Shown here: positions 1 through 11,519 of the stretch, in pieces
How positions within the stretch are numbered: the stretch's first letter is position 1
How the letters are laid out: every line of letters starts with the position of its first letter
From: Chromera velia
Taxonomy: Eukaryota
NCBI GenBank assembly: GCA_018398765.1
Contig: JAHBMJ010000224.1
Span: forward strand, 1 to 53,552
Direction: 5' to 3'
Length of the DNA: 53,552 nt
Translations under genes and position numbers: made by a program
The notes under the pieces: generated by a model
Database searches by the model: none
What the model saw: the letters and a program-made list of their open reading frames with translations, nothing else
What the model was told of the DNA's origin: nothing

Positions 1-93
1 TCAAGTTATAAACTATATTTACTATCTAGTATATTGAAAATCATAGAAAATGGCCACAAATTAATGTCCAGGGTATGCGCGCGCCCGAGGGCG

Positions 94-245
94 CATTTTG
101 CCTAATGCTCTACAGCTGTTTCGCTTGCTTACGCAACATTAGGCGCGCGCCCGAGGGATCTAGCAGCCCATTTCACCTAATGCCGTATAGCTGTTTCGCT
201 TGCTTACGCAACATTAGGCACGCGCCCGAGGGATCTAGCGGCCCC
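94..245. repeat. Two tandem copies of a 75-bp unit, with a third copy at ~845-922
   Basis: CATTT..CCTAATG..AGCTGTTTCGCTTGCTTACGCAACATTAGGCGCGCGCCCGAGGGATCTAGC(A/G)GCCC starts at 94, 169 and 845. The unit carries an inverted repeat, GCCTAATG (100-107) / CATTAGGC (137-144). Confidence 0.9.
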
Positions 246-424
246 CCACTATGCCGCATATGATTACATCCCTCATCGACAATCTTCCCCCCCCGTTCAC
301 CCCGAAAAACCAGTACAGAATAGTCTTTCCCTAGTAAACTGAGTTTACTACCCGAGCAGTCGATCAGCTTTACAGCTAAGGCGATAGATTAGAGAAGCAC
401 TATCTAAAGTGGTGGGAGGGTGGG

Positions 425-718
425 TTCCGGTTCATTCGACAGAACTGTCAGAACGGACTATCATTTTTTCTCCTTCGTTTGACTCCTCTTCAACTATTCA
501 ACATATCTTTTCTGACTTACGCGTTTCTCTGAGCACGCGGCGGATAAAACCACTACCACTATTTTTTCTTGCCCGCGCAGGACGGATTTGACGTTCCCGG
601 CTCGGTGCGTTGGTGCTGCAAAGGCCGCGCCAGGCCCGGAACTATTTTTTCCGTCGGATCGTGATTTCCGTCGTTTGAACGCATGGCTTCGCTCCGCAAG
701 CTAGGCTTCACCTTCCAT
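425..718. repeat. ~290-bp dispersed direct repeat, copy 1 (copy 2 at 3655-3942)
   Basis: TTCCGGTT..TTCGAC.GAACTGTCAGAACGGACTATC ... CTCCGCAAGCTAGGCTTC.CCTTCCAT aligns by eye with 3655-3942, mostly with transition differences. Confidence 0.9.
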
Positions 719-1401
719 TCAAACTTCTTTGCAAAAGTCCCAATCGCTCCTAGTTTAGACTATGAAACCCGTAGACATGACTAGATTCACGACAATTTCA
801 TGTCTTAACGAAGGGTAACTCTGTTAAGCCGTATTAAAGGGGTGCATTTCTCCTAATACCGTATAGCTGTTTCGCTTGCTTACACAACATTAGGCGCGCG
901 CCCAAGGGATCTAGCGGCCCCCAGTCTGAGACGGGTCCCCAGTCTAAAAAAGACAAGAAACAGTAATACGTAGTTTGGTTAATCAATAAACATTTATGTT
1001 TATGATTTGCCATTACTGGTTTATATTTTAGAGCGGATCAGATAGAGCTGAAACATTCTATAATGTAGCAACTGCATGTGCCTAAAGATGCAACAATTTA
1101 TTGTTGCCAATAAATTTATGTCATCTTTTTTTGCTTTGGACACTGCCTCTTTGATCAACTTTGAGGTCCTATTTTAATGGTGATCTACTGACTATACAGA
1201 AGAACACACCGGATCTGTATCTGCCATCAGGTCTGCAACGAATCAATTGGCACAGGGAGAGCCATTATAACATCCCCTCTGCCTTTTAAAGATGCATAAA
1301 AAGAGTAAACACTATGAGGTGTTGCCTTTCTCTGTCTATAACGGATGCTTGGATACAGCAGGAGCTGCCTTTTAACTCTGCAAACGATGCGATGGCCCAG
1401 A

Positions 1402-2860
1402 GACAGAGGTCTCGCCCTTCTCTGTCTGCCAGAATGGAGAGATATACAGAGAGAGAGAGAGCGATCTCTGCCCTTTTTTGTCTGCAAAGAAGAAAGATGT
1501 AGGTCTCTGCCCTTCTCTATCTGCAAAAAGAAAGATGTACAGAGAGAGGTGTCTCTGCCCTTCTCTATCTGCAAAGAAGAAGGATGTACAGAGAGAGGGG
1601 CAGGAGCCCTTTTCTGTCTGCAAAGAAGAAAGATATACAGAGAGAGGGTCCTGTCCTTCTCTGTCTGCAAAGAAGAAAGATGTATAGAGAGATGGTCTTA
1701 CCCTTCTCTATCTGCAAAGAATGAAGATGTATAGAGAGAGGGGTCCTGCCCTTCTCTGTCTGCAAAGAAGAGAGATATATAGAGAGAGGGGTCTCTGACC
1801 TTCTCTGTCTGCAAAGAAGAAAGATGTATAGAGAGAGGGTCCTGCCCTCCTCTGTCTGCAAGGAAGAAAGATGTACAGAGAGAGGGGTCCTGCCCTTCTC
1901 TGTCTGCAAAGAAAAAAGATGTACAGAGAGAGGGGTCCTGCCCTTCTCTGTCTGCAAAGAAGAAAGATGTACAGAGAGAGGGTCCTGCCCTTCTCTGTCT
2001 ACAAAGAAGAAAGATGTACAGAGAGAGGGGTCCTGCCCTTCTCTGTCTGCAAAGAAGAAAGATGTGCAGAGAGTCTCAGAGGGGTCCTGCCCTTCTCTGT
2101 CTGTAAAGAAGAAAGATGTATAGAGAGAGGGGTCTCTGCCCTTCTCTATCTGCAAAGAATGAAGATGTATAAAAAGAGGGGTCCTGCCCTTCTCTGTCTG
2201 TAAAGAAGAAAGACATACAGAGAGAGGGGTCTCTGGCTTTCTCTGTCTGCAAGGAAGAAAGATCATGTACCAAGAGAGGGGTCCTGCCCTTCTCTGTCTG
2301 CGTAGAATGAAAAGATGCACTGAGAGAGGGGTCCTGCCCTTCTCTGTCTGTAAAGAATGAAGGTGTACAGAGAGAGGGGTCTCCTCCCTTCTTTGTCTGC
2401 AAAGAAGAAGATATACAGAGAGAGGGGTCCTGCCCTTCTCTGTCTGCAAAGAATGAAGATGTACAGAGATAGGGGTCTCTGCCCTTCTCTGTCTGCAAAG
2501 AATGAAAAGATGCACAGAGAGAGGGATCTTTGGCCTTCGATCTCTGTCTGCAAGGAATGAAGACGTACAGAGAGGGGGGTCTCTTCCCTTATCTATTTGC
2601 AAAGAAGAAAGATGTATAGAGAGAGAGGTCCTGCCCTTCTCTGTCTGCAAAGAATGAAGATGTACAGAGAGAGGGGTTTCTGCCCTTCTTTGTCTACAAA
2701 GAATGAAAAGATGCACTGAGAGAAGAATCTCTGTCCTGCTGTGTCTGCAAAGAGTGAAGACGCACAGAAAGAGGGATATTTGCCGTTCTCTGCCTGTTGA
2801 GAATGGAAAGATGTAGAGAGAGAGAGGTCTTCTGCCCTTCTTTGTCTGCCAAGATGAAGG
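1402..2860. repeat. 48-bp minisatellite array, about 30 units
   Basis: Consensus GATGTACAGAGAGAGGGGTCCTGCCCTTCTCTGTCTGCAAAGAAGAAA. Period is 48 (e.g. 1871 vs 1919), with some 47-bp units and no unique spacers. Confidence 0.95.
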
Positions 2861-3654
2861 GAGGAATGCAAAACTGCGGCTGCATTAGTTGATGCGGACA
2901 GTTAATACATTTTGGGGGGGGGGAATGCTACCTCACCTGGCTTTTTGTGGGGGCCCGTGTACCGAAGCCGGGCTGCCCTCTTATGGACGGGCGGGGAACG
3001 CTTTTTCCAGGATCTCCTAACGCTCTGCAGTCAGGCAGAAGACAAGGATGCACAGTGATTCACTGTCACCACTTTTACCCAAGCATGTGGCATGGGTAGG
3101 AAATGTGAGAGGTTCGTAATCCTGTGGTCAACCCTCTCTGCGTGAGAAATTGTGAGAGCGGCTTCAAGGATCGAGACGTGAGGAGACACCGACTTCCATG
3201 AGTCGGATCATTTTATGTCCAACATGGTCACTAACCTTTACAACGGTCTTCAACACGCCGAATCGACGCTCATTGGGCTCCCTGTCCTCATGCCACCCTG
3301 CACATTAGCAAGGGAAGAGAAACGAGGGAATATATAAGAGCAGCACTTGTTGTGAATCCAGTGGCTATGTTGCAAAGGAGGTGCTCACCTTAAGGTGGCA
3401 TCCCTCTGTCTTTGTACCGACTGGAAGGGGCTTCCCGGCCCAGTTGCTCCTCTGCCTAGTCCCTTCTTTTACCTCTCTAGGAGGAGGCTTTTTCAAGAGG
3501 GGACTGATGAGAGAACGCTGCAGCCTCTTTCAGCTGTTGTGTTCCGTCTAATTTTGGGGGTCTTACGACCGCCGTCTTTCAACTTGAGACCTCCCCACCT
3601 TTTCGGTTGGGGAGCTCTGACGAGTGCGCTTAGTTTCGAACCGGAAACGTCTTC

Positions 3655-3942
3655 TTCCGGTTTGTTCGACGGAACTGTCAGAACGGACTATCGTCTTTTC
3701 TCTTTTGTTTGACTCCTCTTCAACTACTCAACCTATCTTTTCTGACTCATACGTTTTTCTGAGCGCGCGGCGGATAAAACCAGCACCACTATTTTTTCTT
3801 GCATGCGCGGGACGGATTTAACATTCCCGGCTCGGTGCGTTGGTGCCGCAAAGGCCGTGCCAGGCCTGGGACTATATTTCCCATCGGATTGTGATTTCCG
3901 TCATTTCCGTCTTCGCTCCGCAAGCTAGGCTTCGCCTTCCAT
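3655..3942. repeat. ~290-bp dispersed direct repeat, copy 2
   Basis: Aligns with 425-718. Confidence 0.9.
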
Positions 3943-4400
3943 GCTCGCAGCGCCTTAGCTGCATGCATGAATGCAACGGCCACCGCGGGTAAATTTAGAC
4001 TCAGACGGCATAAAGAATTGTAACATCCCTACGGGACATGCCGTGGCCCCCAGGGGTGAGATAGGGTGAGAGCATGGTAAGAGCACTGAGAAGTGCGTCC
4101 ATGATTATGGTACATGCATGCAACAGGTTCCCTTTCCCATATTAATATATGGTGCATGACAAAACCCTCAATCACAGTTGTTGGCTGCGCAAAGGCGTAG
4201 TCGCGGTATCTGTAAATGCCGTAGAGGGCCGGAGACGGCTGGACGGGCTTCAAAACAGTTGAGAAGAAGAAATAAGAAAAGCTTTGCTATTAGATACGTT
4301 TGCTACTAAGAAAATTAATGCCGTACAAGGACTTCGCTAACACATGGTGTTAATGTGAATAAATGTGAAAGAGAAAATAAAATTGTAACCACAGCAATAC

Positions 4401-4900
4401 TGCTTTGTCCCTCCTGCCCGGCCACCTTATGGTGTCCAGACAGAAGATGAAGCGAGGATAAGAACCTTGGGGAAGATCTGGAGAAGGAATGTAAGCAACA
4501 CTAACTCAAGCAACCTAGCAAGCAACACTTTACAAGAGGTTTAGCTCTATATCAGTTTAAGCGCCAACGCGATCTCCCAATGGGATTCCAATCAACTGGA
4601 TGCATTCTATCATGCACAGCTTCTGCTCAGTCTTCTTTCTGTTCTTCTCTCTCAAACTCTTGATCTATGACAAACAGACATTAGCCTTAAACGATCCTAT
4701 CTGTTGCTGAAGTGACATGTTGCTTGAATGCGAACATTGCGAAGGTTAGACCGGGTCAGACTCGACTTCGATCGACGCACGCGCAACGTCCGTATACGTA
4801 CGAAGCAAAGCGCGGCGGCGAAATGTGGCGTGGCACGCTAGCTCACTCAGTCACAGCGTATGCGAAGGCTCAAAGGGCGGCGCCACAGGGTAGGACTCCA
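4401..4900. mobile_element. Probable solo LTR (500 bp) nested in element copy A
   Basis: Absent from copy B, which reads GCAGCAATACATTACTG uninterrupted. Starts TG, ends CA, and is flanked by CAATAC at 4395-4400 and 4901-4906. Confidence 0.75.
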
Positions 4901-5649
4901 CAATACATTACTGATAAATTTTGAATAACTTATTTTTGTTTATAAAAAACAAAAATCACAGTGCTCCCCGCTTAAATCTACTTACATTTTTATTTCTTAT
5001 TTACGGAGTCAATATATAAGTCTTTTATATACAGACATATATGCTGTAATGTTTCTTTCATTTACTTTCGTTTATATTTTGGCCATTCTAGTAGTAGCAT
5101 AGTAACATATGCAGTAGCCAAATATTATATACGCCTTCTATTATCAACTTGCTCTTTTAAATCATCTAGCTGTGACTGAGACTGTGAGCTGGTCTATAAA
5201 ATGTTTGAATACAACGTTATCTAAGTCCCAAACGACACGCTTGCTACGCTTGCTATATTAGTTGCTGTAGTTGATTGTACTCACTTACACACTCACCAAC
5301 ACACTTAGTCACTGACTCACTGAGACATTCTTGCTTTCCTCACTAATTCACTCACTCACTGTCTCACTTGCTCACTCACTTACTCCCTCATTTTGCCTGT
5401 CTCTCTTCGATCACTCACCCACATGCCCAAAGTTAATGGCTTCCATTAACACTCTCACATCTACATGCCCGAACGGCTTTTTTTCACACACTTACTCTCT
5501 CTGTCTCTCTTCATTTATTTCTATTTACCCACAGGCCCTAGCGGCTTGCAGTTCTGTTTACACACTGAGTCTCATTCTTTTTTAGTGACAGGCTGTCTCT
5601 ATTCATTCAGGTACCCACACGCCCATGCAAATATCTTCTGCTGACATGC

Positions 5650-7330
5650 TTGTCCGAGTCCTTGTCCCTCTTCATTCACCCATACGCCCAACCGGCTCCT
5701 GTTCACCTAGCCTATTCACACCAGTTCACACACTCGCTTTCTCTGTCTGTGTTCATATACCCACACTGTCGTGACGCCCCAAACGGCTTCTGTTTACACA
5801 CTCGCTCTCCATGTCTCTCTTCATTATTCTTTATTGATTCACTGCATGAGGCCCAAGCAGCTTCTGTTCACACACTCACTCTCCTTGTATCTCCTTGTTT
5901 CTCTTCATTCACCCACATGCCCAAACGGCTTCTGTTCATACACTCGTTCTCCCCGTCTCTCTTCACTCATCTATAGGCCCAAGCGGCTTCTGTTCATGCA
6001 CTTGATATCTCTTCATTCATCCACAGGCCTAGCTATAGGCCCGAGTGGCTTTAAAATTTGTTTAATAACACACAATTGATCCCTCTTCATTCATCCATGG
6101 GCCCAAACGGCTCTTGTTCCTAGCTTCTGTTCATACAGTCGTTCTTCTTGTCTCTCTTTCTTCGCTTGCACGCGCAACCAGCTTCTATTTATACACTCGC
6201 TCTCCTTGTATCTTCTTGTCTCTCTTCATTCACCCACACGCCCATGGCAAACGTCTTCTATTCACACACTCACTCTCCCTATCTCTCTTAATTTATCAGC
6301 AGGCCCAAGCGGCTTCTGTTCATGCACTTGATATCTCTTCATTCATCTACAGGCCTAGCTATAGGCCCGAGCGGCTTTAAAATTTATTCAATGACACACA
6401 ATTGAGCCCTCTTCATTCATCCACAGGCCCAAACGGCTCCTGTTCCTAGCTTCTCTTCACACACTCATTCTCCTTGTCTCTCTTTTTTCACCCGCATGCC
6501 CAACCGGCTTCTGTTCACACACTTGCTCTCCTTGTATCTCTTTGTCTCTCTTCATTCACCCACACGCCCAAACGGCTTCTGTTCACACATTCACTCTCTC
6601 TGTCTCTCTTAATTCATCAGCAGGCCCAAGCAGCTTCTGTTCATGCACTTGATCTCTCTTCATTTATCCACAGGCCTAACCAGCGGCCCAAGCGGCTTTA
6701 AAATTTGTTCAATGACACACAATTGATTCCTCTTCATTCATCCACGGGCCCAAACGGCTCCTGTTTCTAGCTTTTATTCATACACTTGTTCTCCTTGTCT
6801 CTCTTTCTTTGCCCGCAAGCCCAACCAGCTTCTGTTTTAAAATTTTACACACTCGCTCTCCTTGTATCTCCTTGTTTCTCTTCATTCACCCACATGCACA
6901 AATGGCTTCTATTCATACACTTGTTTTCCCTGTCTCTCTTCACTCATCCATAGGCCTAACCAACGGCCCAAGCGGCTTTTCTTTAATAACACATAATTGA
7001 TCTCTCTTCATTCATCCACGGGCCTAAGCGGCTTCTGTTCACACACTCGTTCTCCTTGTCTCACCCGCACGCCCAAACGGCTTCTGTTCATAAACTCATA
7101 CATACTCATAAATACGCTCGCTCTCTTTGTCTCTTTTCATTCATCCACCTGCAGGCCTAAGCGGATTCTGTTATTGCACATACTTCCTTTCCATACCCCT
7201 CTTTCTCTATGCACTCGCATGCCCAAACATTCACCCACACGCCCAAACGGCTTCTGTTCACACACTTGCTTACCTAGCTTTATTCATAGGCCCAAACGGC
7301 TTCTGTTCACATCTCTCCCTCTTGAACTCA
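5650..7330. repeat. Internal C/T-rich minisatellite (~55-70-bp variable units) of element copy A
   Basis: Recurrent CCCAA(A/G)CGGCTTCTGTTCACACACTCGCTCTCCTTGT..CTCTCTTCATTCA(C/T)CCAC. Confidence 0.9.
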
Positions 7331-8281
7331 CCAAGCGCTTAACCTATACGCGGTGAGCCTCTCCACAATATTTCAAAGCGAATACTACAGCATCCACAGC
7401 GACACACACTATATATATTAGACAGTATTTTGTATCCCAAATCCTCAAGTGGAGGTAGAAGGAAGTCGAGAAACCACGTGCTGAAGAACGACAAGAGGGG
7501 CTAAGTAGAGAGAAAGAAGATGGGCAAAAAGAGGTTCCTGCAGCTCAAATTAACCATTTTTCCTCTTTGTTAAGCGCACTCAGTCGTGGTGCGGCTTACT
7601 CCTAACTCTATAAGGCGGCATGTCTTAACTTGCCACTGAGCTTGGTAGCATAGTCAAACAACGGAGCAATTCAGAACAGCTTCACTTAGACGGTGTGCTT
7701 TATCGCCTTCCTTGAAAACTACACAGATGATCGAATCTACGTACAATTCCCCTCCATGTGTATTTTTGCATATGTACCGATACATCAAGGTTAGACAAAA
7801 GGTGCATGTTCGCCATGCATGCGCTGTACAGTTGCCGGAAAGCGCGGGTCCCGAAAGGCAAATGTAACCCGGCCGATTTATTGGTAATTCGACTTTTTTT
7901 TTTCCATAGGTGCGGCTAAGGGCCTTAACAGATGGACTCAGACGGCATGAAGAATAACGAAGCCTGTCTGCACGTAGACGGGATGCTTTTCCAGCTTGTC
8001 CCAGCTGCCGACACAGCCCTGCAGCTCTCTAGAGCCTCTACAGTTTACCAGAGCAGACACAGCAGGCCCTTGTGTGTCTGAGTCAGTTTGCAGTGACCCG
8101 CAAAATCCCACAAAAGTAGGGTTGGTGGAATACAGTTCGCCTCCTGAAGCCCCTGATTTCAGCTTGATTGAAGCTTGCAATTCTCAGCGGCAGGAGTCAG
8201 TCACTGCACGTGTGTATTCCTCGCCTAAGTGTGTGCGTTCGTCTCCTGCCCCGGTAGCACAGCTGGCCGACACCTGCCAGG

Positions 8282-9397
8282 ATGCATCGTTTGATTCCTG
8301 GGCTCTTGACGCCAATCATCCAAGCTCCGATGGCCGGAGTTACGACCCCCAAGTTGGTCATTGCAGCGTGCAAAGCGGGCGCCCTGGGATCGCACGCCCT
8401 GGCCTTTCTGCAGCCTTCCAAGGTGGAGGCAGACTTGAGGGAAACATCGGGGGCCATCTCGGGACGCCCATTCACATGCAATGTTTTTGCCATTCCCGCA
8501 CAGGTGATGCGACGCGATCAGCAAGAAGTCGCAGAGCGAGCTGTTGCACACTTGCGCTCTGTGCTTCAACAGCCTGAATTGACCTCCGACCTGCAGATAC
8601 CGAGTGTCAATAGCGCCCTCAACGTTCCATACAAAGAGCACCTGGAGGCCATCGCGCATTGTCCCAAGGAATGCCGTCCAGTCGCCGTGTCCTTCACTTT
8701 TGGGCTCCCGGATCGAGAGGACATGCAGCTGTTGCGGGATCTTGGGGTGGTGAGCATGGGAACTGCAACAACGGTAGAGGAGGCAGAAGCAGTGGTGGAT
8801 GCAGGGCTGGATGTGGTCATTGCACAGGGCATAGAAGCAGGGGGGCATCGGGGGTCGTTTCAGTCGGACGGGCAGAATGGCGTGGGATTGATTGCGCTGG
8901 TACCGCAAATTGTGGATGCCATTGAGAACAGTGTACCGGTCGTTGCATCCGGTGGAGTTATGGATCGGCGGGGGGTTGCGGCATGCATGGCCCTAGGAGC
9001 CAGCGCCGTGCAGGTAGGCACAGCTTTTCTGCTCACTCGAGAGTCGCAAGCTCATCCTGCACATAAGAAAGTGTTGTTGCAAACAAGCTCGTCCAATACG
9101 GTTGTGTCTAATGTTTTTTCTGGGCGGTACGCGCGTGGAGTATCGAATGAGATGTATCGTGCCGCCATTACGTTTGCCGAGGCCCCAGTTGGCGAGTCCG
9201 ATTGCATCGCGCCGTATCCACTGCAACAGACCCTGACGAACCAAATCAAACAGCGAGCCTTCGCAAAGGAGCAGTTTGGGTTTGGGTCTATGTGGACAGG
9301 GCAGGGCCTGGGGATGGCACGAGAGGGCCTCTCATGCGAGGAGTTGGTGGCAGAGCTGATGCAAGGGGTGAGTGCCCCGGGTGCTCCCGCACGATAA
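8282..9397 (+). CDS. Nitronate monooxygenase (2-nitropropane dioxygenase family, FMN TIM barrel), 371 aa, intronless
   Basis: Family motifs PIIQAPMAG, AQGIEAGGHRG (catalytic His), PVVASGG..D, ALGASAVQVGTAFL, FSGRYARG and MWTGQG. Full expected length in a single ORF. Confidence 0.93.
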   Translation: MHRLIPGLLTPIIQAPMAGVTTPKLVIAACKAGALGSHALAFLQPSKVEADLRETSGAISGRPFTCNVFAIPAQVMRRDQQEVAERAVAHLRSVLQQPELTSDLQIPSVNSALNVPYKEHLEAIAHCPKECRPVAVSFTFGLPDREDMQLLRDLGVVSMGTATTVEEAEAVVDAGLDVVIAQGIEAGGHRGSFQSDGQNGVGLIALVPQIVDAIENSVPVVASGGVMDRRGVAACMALGASAVQVGTAFLLTRESQAHPAHKKVLLQTSSSNTVVSNVFSGRYARGVSNEMYRAAITFAEAPVGESDCIAPYPLQQTLTNQIKQRAFAKEQFGFGSMWTGQGLGMAREGLSCEELVAELMQGVSAPGAPAR

Positions 9398-9930
9398 CTA
9401 GCACGATAATTGATCGTCCAGGAGGGGGCGAAGATCGCTTTCAATATCACATACACTTTTCTGCCGAGGGGCCGGGTTGCGGCGCATCTTTAATTGCTTA
9501 AATCAGTTGAATTACACTACGCATGCGCTTCTGCAGAAGTTGCAGAAGCCTCCAGCTTCCTAATAATTTGTTCCCCCTAAGTCCCTTCTTTGAAGCAGCC
9601 GTTGTAAAGAAACTTCTTTTAAGTTCTTTACGGTGCGGAGAGTTGCGGTCTCGGTCAATAGGTTTCCAATCTTTCGATCCTTACGTTCAACTAGAGTCAC
9701 CTTGGTTATTTCATGCATATAGGTTATCCGAGGACCGAAGTTTCCAAGGCTCCGAGCCAACATGTCTAGCAACATGTCTAATAAATACTACTAGGCTAGC
9801 TAACAGATTTATAAACGAGGTCACTATGTATCACTATGGATCTAGCTACTAGTACATATGCACCCGCATATAAAGTTATACAATGTGTAGTGAAACGTAC
9901 AAAAAAAAAAAAATTAATCTACTAATCTAG

Positions 9931-10150
9931 GCTTCCCATACATAAAAAAATAAAAAAGTTAATTGCCTAAAGTCACTTTTACTTTTTATTTTTTTATTTT
10001 AATAATATTTTTTTGAAGCAGGCACTTCAAGTTCGTTGCTCAAAGCCCAGCTGACCTAGCAGCTGACACACAAAAATAAAAAAACTAAATTTAACTAATT
10101 CACATTTTGGCCTAAATTTATTTATATTTATTTTTTTATGTATGGGGAGC
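9931..10150. mobile_element. MITE-like element (~220 bp, AT-rich)
   Basis: Terminal inverted repeats GCTTCCCATACATAAAAAAATAAA (from 9931) and TTTATTTTTTTATGTATGGGGAGC (to 10150), 23/24 match. Flanked by CTAG and TTAG. Confidence 0.7.
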
Positions 10151-11519
10151 TTAGCTACCAATTAATGAATCTATGTAAAAGACCATGACGTCACCATGTT
10201 ATACAATGAATCATACAATGTCTAGATAAAGTATGCAGGGTTAAGTAAAAGGATTAATTGCCTTCGTCAAATTCTGACTCAACGGAGTGAGCGAACAAAT
10301 AGGCGAACAAGCTCTATATCCCTTTAATATCCCTTATATACATGCACATATCATCATACATGCAGTTTTAAATTAATGAAATTATGTTTATAGATATCAA
10401 ATAAAATCAATTAAACGAATAACTCGAGCTTGGATATTGAAAGAAAGCTTAGCAAACCGGTTTTCCAATGATTTGAAATTCTGTTTGCATGCATCATGAT
10501 GCAGTGCATTGCAAAGGTGCGCTGCGCGGCCAGCGCCATGAAACGTGGGCAGTGCAACGTCATTTGAGTGCCTCTTCGACCCAGCCTTTGCGAGTGCACG
10601 TGCATGCATGCGTGAATCGATCAGGCCTTAATTCGATCTCCCGCAGGCCAGCCCGTCGGCATGCCGGGGTCCTCATCCCAAGCGTGCGCGCGAGGGGAGG
10701 TGATTCAGCCAGTGCACGTCTTTCTCAAGCTTATACAGTTCATTGTTGTACTTCTAGCGGACCGTTTGCTTCAAAGTCTTCATCTGATTAACCGACTGGC
10801 CAAGTGAAAGAAAGGGTTGACGGATGCGTAGTCGGTCCAGCCAATCGCAGAGAAGTCTGATGGATCGATCACAAGGAAAAAAGGTGAAGGGAAAAAAGGA
10901 ACAACAGAAGACACACAGACAGAATCGGACACCCAGCGGGATGCGCCGATCCCCCGCATGAACTTATCATAGCAACCAAACATGCAGGCAGGAAGGCAGG
11001 CAGCCAACGACGGTTAACTGTCTGTCTGTCTGCATGGACGATCGATCAACCTGAACTGATCCTTCCTTCCATCGGAATTAGAAGAGGGCGGGACACGAAG
11101 GAAAAGCAATTAACGGCTAGGTCCCACCCACGCATACATCGATTCCGATAAAAAGCCAACACGACCAAAATGTCGAATTGAAGGAAGGCCACAGATCCGG
11201 ACAGAAAGACGGACCACAAACCCAAAGCCGTCTGACCAGCGGATGCGGCAGTAGAACTGTCTTCCTTCCATCACCGAAGAGCTGCGTGAGGAGGGAATCT
11301 GCCCCGCAGCCAACAAACCTCCCGCGTGTATGCTCGATCGTCTACTTGTCTTCCCTCCAGCGCAGTAAAACGCACTGCCGAAGTGCCGGCAAATCATCAG
11401 TCGAATTTATCATTCGCCAATTTGTCCGTTTGATTAGTTTTCTTCGAACCACCATGCCGCCTTTACCTCTTCCTAGTCGACTCAGCAGCGGCAAGACAGT
11501 GACAGCCTTAGCTCGACCG

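Larger units (their letters stand above)
4019..7933. mobile_element. Non-coding dispersed element, copy A (3.9 kb), with internal minisatellite
   Basis: Colinear with 34525-37709 from TGTAA(CA/TG)TCCCTACGGGACATGCC to GCTAAGGGCCTTAACAGAT. Flanked by a 20/22 direct repeat, (A/G)GACTCAGACGGCAT(A/G)AAGAAT, at 3997-4018 and 7934-7955. No transposase ORF recognised. Confidence 0.8.

Noticed and set aside
1565..2716. 383-aa ORF with GRTPL repeats as an ankyrin protein
   Set aside because: The period is 16 aa rather than 33, the reading pattern shifts among units, and all frames give similar ORFs; it is a minisatellite artefact.
1402..2860. Hairpin-bearing repeat array as a CRISPR
   Set aside because: Units are head-to-tail with no unique spacers, no cas genes are present, and the context is eukaryotic.
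3400..3830. Degraded minus-strand coding fragment or gag remnant
   Set aside because: Multiple stops and no recognisable domain.
7996..9456. ORFs overlapping NMO in other frames or on the other strand
   Set aside because: Shadows of a GC-rich real CDS with no motifs.
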